From: Eledone cirrhosa
Taxonomy: Eukaryota
Direction of reading: 5' to 3'
DNA: 64,000 nucleotides
NCBI GenBank assembly: GCA_964016885.1
Contig: OZ024743.1
Span: forward strand, 62,248,001-62,312,000
Shown: piece after piece, positions 57,250 through 64,000 of the stretch
Layout: every line of letters begins with the position of its first letter
Numbering within the stretch: the stretch's first letter is position 1
The notes under the pieces: generated by a model
What the model was told of the DNA's origin: nothing
Seen by the model: the letters and a program-made list of their open reading frames with translations, nothing else
Database searches by the model: none
Translations under genes and position numbers: made by a program

Positions 57250-57339
57250 TCTCCCTCCCTAACCATGTCTCTCTAATTTCTTCCCTTTATTCATGCAGAT
57301 GTTATGCATGCTGTTTTGTTGAAATTTGATTACGCAAAT

Positions 57340-57379
<40 letters not shown>

Positions 57380-57641
57380 ATGTACGTATGTGTGCAGATA
57401 TCTATGTAAGTAAAGTGCATATATGTATACGAACATATATATATATATACATAGGTATGCATGTATATAGTTGCCAGTAATAGTAACCAAAGAGAAAGTT
57501 ACGTATTGGAAGAACATCATCTTTTTGGAAAAACCTTTATACTAATAGTTTGCTCTACGGTTCTTATATATATATGATATATATTTGTCCTTATCGAGCC
57601 CTCTTTTGATTTTAGTCTTCAAATTTATTATTATTACTATT

Positions 57642-57798
<157 letters not shown>

Positions 57799-57804
57799 AT
57801 CCAC

Positions 57805-57872
<68 letters not shown>

Positions 57873-57923
57873 AAGAAGAGAGACGGTTTTAAGTGTACAT
57901 CCTCTATTTACATCCTCTATGAG

Positions 57924-57990
57924 CCTGTTATACGTATTTCAAAGACATCAAATTGCATAATAACCCTTTGATGTGTTTTCATCAGACTGG
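57924..57990 (-). ncRNA. type I hammerhead ribozyme
   Basis: CCAGU-CUGAUGA-..ACAUCAAA/UUUGAUGU..-GAAA-UACGUAUA-ACAGG; stem III palindrome AUACGUAU. Confidence 0.75.
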
Positions 57991-58355
57991 TGTTAGGTTG
58001 TAATGTTTTTGTTTTTGATATGCTACTGTAGTTAGGAACGTGCTGCTGGCAGACCCACTATCAGTAAGCATATGATGTTCATAACTATTTCATACATGAA
58101 TATGGAAATTTTCTCTCGAGCATGGTGGTGGTGGTGGTGGTGGTGGTTTTGTTTTGTGACTGGTTGCTTTGTTGTTGATAACGAGCTCCTCGTTATTCGT
58201 GGGGGTTTTGTTGTTGTTGGTGGTGGTGACGGTGGTGGTGGTGGTGGTAGAGCGTTGTGGTTGTGGTGCTGGCGATGATGTTGTTAGCGGTGGCGATTGT
58301 TTCTTCTTCCTTTAGCTATCAAATAATGGTTGTTCTACAATTTGTTTTATTGCAG

Positions 58356-58478
58356 ACGTTAATGAGTGTGCCATCAACAATGGAGGATGTGAACATGGTT
58401 GTTCGAACACCATAGGATCTTTCTACTGTAAATGTCCACCTGGTTTCCGGACTGGATCTGATGGAAAAGGTTGCATAG
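58356..58478 (+). CDS. MEGF6: MEGF6-like gene, calcium-binding EGF exon
   Basis: ttgcAG acceptor, GTAAC donor, phase 1-1; [41 protein letters not shown] is a canonical cbEGF and the domain expected after EGF1 in MEGF6. Confidence 0.95.
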
Positions 58479-58511
58479 GTAACTATCAAATAATCATTCT
58501 GGTTACTTGTG

Positions 58512-58540
<29 letters not shown>

Positions 58541-58552
<12 letters not shown>

Positions 58553-58722
58553 AAGAATCAAAGAACTGTTCAAAACATTATATAATGTTTTGAACAGTTC
58601 TTTGATTCTTATATTTCATATAACTGCTCTGTAAATCATCTGATTGTACATTGAGCTACTTAACTTACTGGTAATAAGGTAGTAATACATTACTGCCTAC
58701 CACTATTTAGGGTTTGTATAAA
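58541..58722 (+). mobile_element. perfect 82-bp palindrome plus tail in (TA)n
   Basis: 58541-58622 is its own reverse complement with no loop; arm end resembles the 20.8/22.9 kb pLTR end (AAGAATCAAA...GAAC). Confidence 0.7.
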
Positions 58723-58788
58723 AATATATATAACTGCATAAGGTTTTTGTATTTACATAACCATAAATAGTATAATTAATACTATTAA

Positions 58789-58827
<39 letters not shown>

Positions 58828-58895
58828 GAGAGAGAAATTAGTATAAACCTGTGTATAATTAATTATATATGTATATGTGTGTGTATATGTAAATG

Positions 58896-58937
<42 letters not shown>

Positions 58938-58967
58938 TATATGTATATGTGTGTGCATATGTGAATG

Positions 58968-59072
<105 letters not shown>

Positions 59073-59153
59073 GGTAACCAGAAATAACAACACAATCGGT
59101 ACAGTATATGGAAGGTATATATTAGGTTAAAGCTTGATATAGCAGGAAGAGGG

Positions 59154-59195
59154 TCTTAACGTTAACGTTTTGGACGCTAGTCCTTCATCAGAAGA
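59154..59195 (-). ncRNA. minimal hammerhead (GAAA decayed to AAAA)
   Basis: UCUU-CUGAUGA-A-GGAC uagc GUCC-AAAA-CGUUAACGUU-AAGA; stem III palindrome AACGUUAACGUU. Confidence 0.7.
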
Positions 59196-59283
59196 AAGAA
59201 TGAGAAATAAAATGGAATGAGAGGACGGGTGGGATGGAATTGGATAAAATGTCTTTAGATAAATATATATATATATATGTATA

Positions 59284-59386
<103 letters not shown>

Positions 59387-59510
59387 TTACATATACACAC
59401 ACATATATACATATATAAATATACAAAACTGAATTTCTCTCTGTGTACACACTCACATTTATATATATCTTGCCATCGAAACGGTTTATGCTTATATATA
59501 TATATTTGAT

Positions 59511-59590
<80 letters not shown>

Positions 59591-59631
59591 TTCAAAATAT
59601 TAACAAAAATAGACATTCGTGTGATCAAGTA

Positions 59632-59698
59632 TATTTTATTATACATATTTCAGAGGTACTGAGCTATCTTCAACAGTACGTCCTCATCAGATAAAATA
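59632..59698 (-). ncRNA. type I hammerhead ribozyme
   Basis: UAUUUUAU-CUGAUGA-..GUACUG/CAGUAC..-GAAA-UAUGUAUA-AUAAAAUA; 8-bp stem I. Confidence 0.75.
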
Positions 59699-59840
59699 AG
59701 ATGATGCATGACATACCCTGACTAAGTGGATGGTTAAAATTCAGTCATGGCAGTGACTAATCTAATCTATTGTAAAACTTTATTCTTTGATTTATTCATT
59801 GAACCTTGTTTAACCTTTAAAAAATATATATATATATACA

Positions 59841-60009
59841 TAAAGTTTATCCCGGGTTCAATCGGGGGTAACCACAGTAAGTAAGGTACTCAATACATAG
59901 CAGAGTATAAATATTTAATATAGAAATAGCTTCTACAGGAGTAGAACTGTTTCATTTGGGCTTCCTGATGATTTCTCTCCAGTGAAACAGTTCTAGTCCT
60001 GTAGAAGCC

Positions 60010-60019
<10 letters not shown>
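59841..60019 (-). mobile_element. fold-back cassette, same family as 55909-56107
   Basis: Tail 59841-59917 is a reverse homolog of 56035-56107; arms 59918-59954 and 59983-60019. Confidence 0.75.
59959..60009 (+). ncRNA. type I hammerhead, same family as 55926-55974
   Basis: GGCUUC-CUGAUGA-...-GAA-ACAG/CUGU-A-GAAGCC; stem I covaries with the 55.9 kb copy (GAUUC/GAAUC); stem II is weak. Confidence 0.72.
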
Positions 60020-60043
<24 letters not shown>

Positions 60044-60048
<5 letters not shown>

Positions 60049-60248
60049 AACGAGTAGGACCCCGGCGGCTGAGCTCAAGCCGTTTCGACGGCTAATTCTG
60101 GACGGCTAATATCCAGAATTAGCCGTCGAAACGGCTTGAGCTCAGCCGTCGGGGTCCTACTCGTTCCTATTACCCACTCTACTACCCTAAGTATTGAGTA
60201 CTTTGGTGCGTTATGGTCCATCTGGTTCCTTACCACATTTCCTTCGTT
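60044..60248 (+). mobile_element. fold-back cassette, GGACCCCGACGGC family
   Basis: Near-perfect palindrome 60044-60170 containing GAAACGGCU..AGCCGUC (3' half of a hammerhead); tail 60171-60248; (TA)n flanks. Confidence 0.78.
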
Positions 60249-61417
60249 ATATATATATATATACACCGAGAAATTTAGTTTTGTTTTTGATATTTCTTGC
60301 TAAAATATATGTCTATGGCATATGTGAAGTTTCGTGGCTTAATGATGAACGTGCTGGAGTCTTTAGTCCTTCATAAAATTACTTAGATCTTATACCAACG
60401 ATACCAAGAGGTGTTATGTCTGCCTCAGTGATTTAGGATCTTACAAGGTTTGTCCTTAGTGAATAACTATTTGAACTCTAAGAACGAAATTTTTAAAGGA
60501 TGTCTACATCCTAGAGGCCAACTCCTTGCTAAGTGGAAACACTCAATGAATTCACCTAACCTTCAAACACTTTAACATAAATTTCTATACTTTCTAAATA
60601 ACACTTACATAATACGGTACACATGCTATACTACTCAACGTTAACACTTAAATGAAATAAAAATCTCTATATTACATACCACTACATAACATTATACATC
60701 TGCTGTATTGAGTACACACCACCACAATTTGATACAAATGTCTGTACATTATGGCAGTATCGGTAGAGAGTCGGACGCCATGCTTTGACGCATAGTTACG
60801 GCCCTTGCCATTCTGAGTTCAAATCCCGCCGAGGTTAACTTTGCCTTTCATCCTTACGGGGTCGATAAAATAAAGTACCAGTGATGCACTGGGTAATTAC
60901 TGGCCTTGTGCCAAAAGTAGAAACAATTATTATTACAATACCGAACAACAGACATAAATATACATTTCAATTTTACATCTTGAGTTATTTCCCTTTGCTT
61001 AACTTAATTGTAATTGTGGCGGCGTTCACCCGGGGTGCGTTGAGTCGGACCCATCGAAATAATTCACGGTGTAAGTTCCTTTCAGTGGAGTTTCTTCGGC
61101 CGATTAGTTTCACAAGCGGTGCCCAGCTGCAAGTATATGCACTTTGGGATAGTGCAATCCAAGCATTGCATAGCGCCGACCTCTTGCTTTCACATCCAAC
61201 CCAATTTGATGGAGCCAGTGTCGTGACAGGGAAATTTGAGAGGGAGTTTGGCCGGCAGAGGTGATAAACGCAACCTATTTGAGTCACTTTGTAGGTCAGC
61301 AGGAGCTAAACCCACTGCCCAGTTCAGGCATACCTTTGCTATAGAACGTAAATAATCAAATATTTCATAAAGGAGAGTTAACATGCTATAATTTTAACGG
61401 TATATTCAAACTCGTCC

Positions 61418-61518
61418 AAGCACCTGATGACTAGGTCACGAATTTGATCGCTCCTCCGTTCATTTTGCACTCCTGTGCACAATCTGGAGAGATGGCCGTG
61501 AAACCTTAGGTAGCGCTT
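61418..61518 (+). ncRNA. type I hammerhead with extended stem II
   Basis: AAGCAC-CUGAUGA-(about 70 nt)-GAA-ACC uua GGU-A-GCGCUU. Confidence 0.7.
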
Positions 61519-61725
61519 TTTGTACTGCGTATGAACATTAATAAATGATTAATAAATGATATATATCAGCTCTCACCGCAGATTAAGCAGTTTTCCTTTT
61601 TCCTATCCACCTACACACACATACACACACACACACACTCACACACACACATACACACACACATTCACACACACATATATAAATATATATATATATTATT
61701 TATTTATGTTCATTCACGGAACACG

Positions 61726-61833
61726 AAGCGCTACCTATGGTTTCAAGGTCCAATTATGATCATCTTCCCAGATTGTGCACGTTGGTGCAGAGTGGAAGAG
61801 CGATCAAATTTGTGACCTACTCATCAAGCGCTT
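61726..61833 (-). ncRNA. diverged hammerhead copy (UUGAUGA core), inverted relative to 61418-61518
   Basis: AAGCGC-UUGAUGA-..AGGUC/GACCU..-GAA-ACC aua GGU-A-GCGCUU. Confidence 0.65.
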
Positions 61834-63204
61834 GATATATTTGATATATCATATATATTAAATACAACAAGAATGTAAATTACTTAATAGACGTGAATAG
61901 AATATCGAGTTACATCAAATATAGAACTATGATATAATATAATATATCATTTAATAGAAAATAATGTAGACAAAATGACACATCGAAATAAATCAAGACA
62001 CATATTTAAATGAAGATATATATGTTTTCCCCTAGACATAAATATGTTTTTCGCTGACATTTGCATTTAAGAAACACATATACATACAAATGTGCTCTTA
62101 GGCAGGCACCAAAGAGATCATAAATAGCACCAGTTTTTTACCGTTTTCTTGTTGGCATGGGTTGGACGCGTTGTCACATTCTGTTGTAAAACAGGTCAGG
62201 TGACCACTTCTTGCTTATGCGTTCCATTTTGAACTAGAGTCTGGAAAATGTTGCCTGCAGCCACTGTCAACATCTATTCGTCTTTACGGGTCTTTACCTG
62301 ATTTCTATAAGCTATTTTATAGCAACTGACTGTAATTGTAGTTGTTTTCTACACTTGAACATCCGACATCTTCTTATAAATAATGATTGCTAGTATAAGC
62401 ACAAGGCCAATAATTTGGGGGAGGGGAAAGTCGATTGAATTGACCCCAGTGCATTACTGGTGCTTTATTTTATCGACCCCGTAAGGATGAAAGGCAAGGC
62501 AAAGCTAACCTCGTAGTTGTTGTTGGTGGTGGTGGCATTTTCGTGCAAGGTTTACAGAAGTGCCCGATGGATTTGTATATACCGAGATATATTAAATTTA
62601 AAACAATAATATAATACTTTTCCTGTTATACATGAACGAGCTATATCCCATTACCTCCACCCCACCCCCACGCCGATGACACCACACTTCAGTCTTCTCT
62701 AACCTCTCGCACCTAAGCGCCATCTACACACAACCTAAACACGTCACACTTACTCTACACTGACTCCATGAACAAAGGCCCTTAAACCTACTCCAATGTC
62801 GTCTCCTTCAATAGCAAAAAAATCGCATCGAAAACCAATATCGTAAACTCCCTTTAAACTGAATGTATTTGTATGTTGGTCCTTCGAGGATGAGTTTTCA
62901 TGGAACTCCCTGCTTGTGAAATTAACGTTCAAATGGCTGCACATTCCACAGTCACGTGTATCCTTATCGTACTTGTCCAGTAGATACTTCCTGATACAGT
63001 GTATGAATAGACAGGCACTTTGAATTACATGTATAACTAATGTTTGCTGGCTGAGTGGACTGAAGCAACGCGAAATAAAGCGCCTTGCTCAAGGTCACAA
63101 TGTACGGTCGGATATCTTACTCATCACCGTTAGTTTGTGAGCCGAAATCCCAAATCAGTAAACCACGCGCATTCACAAAAACTTAATCGTGATTAGCACG
63201 GCAC

Positions 63205-63430
63205 ATCTAAAACCCTCACGATCACTTCAAATGCTAGACCTCACCATCACTGAAGATCTCTCCCGGAGAACACACATCATCAAAGCAACACATAGTACAT
63301 CTCAAACGCCGAACTTTCACTATAAATCCAGAAAAATATATCACCTCTGCTACCACCATCTCATCAATAGCTAACTCTTTGCAGATCTCATATTTCTGAG
63401 GAAATCCAGAATGAAGTACAGCCCTCACAT
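63205..63430 (+). mobile_element. decayed CR1/L2-like LINE fragment
   Basis: LQMLDLTITEDLSRRTHI resembles the LG.TI..DLSW..HI motif that follows the RT domain. Confidence 0.5.
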
Positions 63431-63889
63431 ATAGGACTGTGCTGTTGTTTATCCAATATTATAACAGCAACAACAAAAAAATGTTTTCAAGGGAAACTTA
63501 CTAAGGCGCTGAATTATTTATTTCTGTAATAGTTTGGTGGTTGAAAGTACCAAGACTGGATCCCTATATATGAGAATCAATGAATCATGGTTAATTGCAT
63601 TTCTTTTTATCTTCTTCAATCAGTTTACATGAAAAATATTCCAAATAATATATTGCCCAAACACCTTGGACCAAAGCCCATCACCCTCTCCCCTTCCCCC
63701 TCCTTTCTTCTGTGGCCAAGAGTCCTTGCTTTTCCTTTCCTTTTCCTCTCATGTATGGCATTTATAGTCCTTTCCTCTACTTTCCCATACAGCCAGATCT
63801 GCCCTTCTTTATCCCATCCACCTTTTCTCATTACTTAATTTTGTTTTTATCTTACTTTTTCATATTGTTGTTATATTATTGTATTAATG

Positions 63890-63989
<100 letters not shown>

Positions 63990-64000
63990 GATGTTCCAAA

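Noticed and set aside
63250-63310. CTGAAGA as a hammerhead core
   Set aside because: No GAAA, stem I or stem III; it lies in a LINE coding remnant

Overview
Repeat-dense, AT-rich animal genomic DNA. The SINE repertoire and microsatellite load suggest an octopus or other coleoid cephalopod (inference). The window lies inside one large + strand gene, a MEGF6-like protein (EMI domain followed by EGF repeats). Four phase-compatible coding exons are readable (4886-5023, 16417-16526, 30451-30558, 58356-58478); the third carries three compensating +1 frameshifts and an in-frame TAA. The introns hold tRNA-derived SINEs, RTE/Tx1/CR1-type LINE fragments (one RTE with a twin-priming inversion), a mariner MITE, a 7.3 kb G-rich 26-bp satellite and a 28-bp minisatellite. 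The main signal is a dense population of Penelope-like-element (PLE) derivatives: one 2.2 kb GIY-YIG-bearing copy with inverted pLTRs plus about ten miniature fold-back cassettes built as (TA)n - inverted arm - arm - unique tail - (TA)n. Together they carry about 15 type I hammerhead ribozyme motifs from several sequence families. Almost all ORFs in the supplied track are microsatellite artefacts. All folds and alignments were done by eye.
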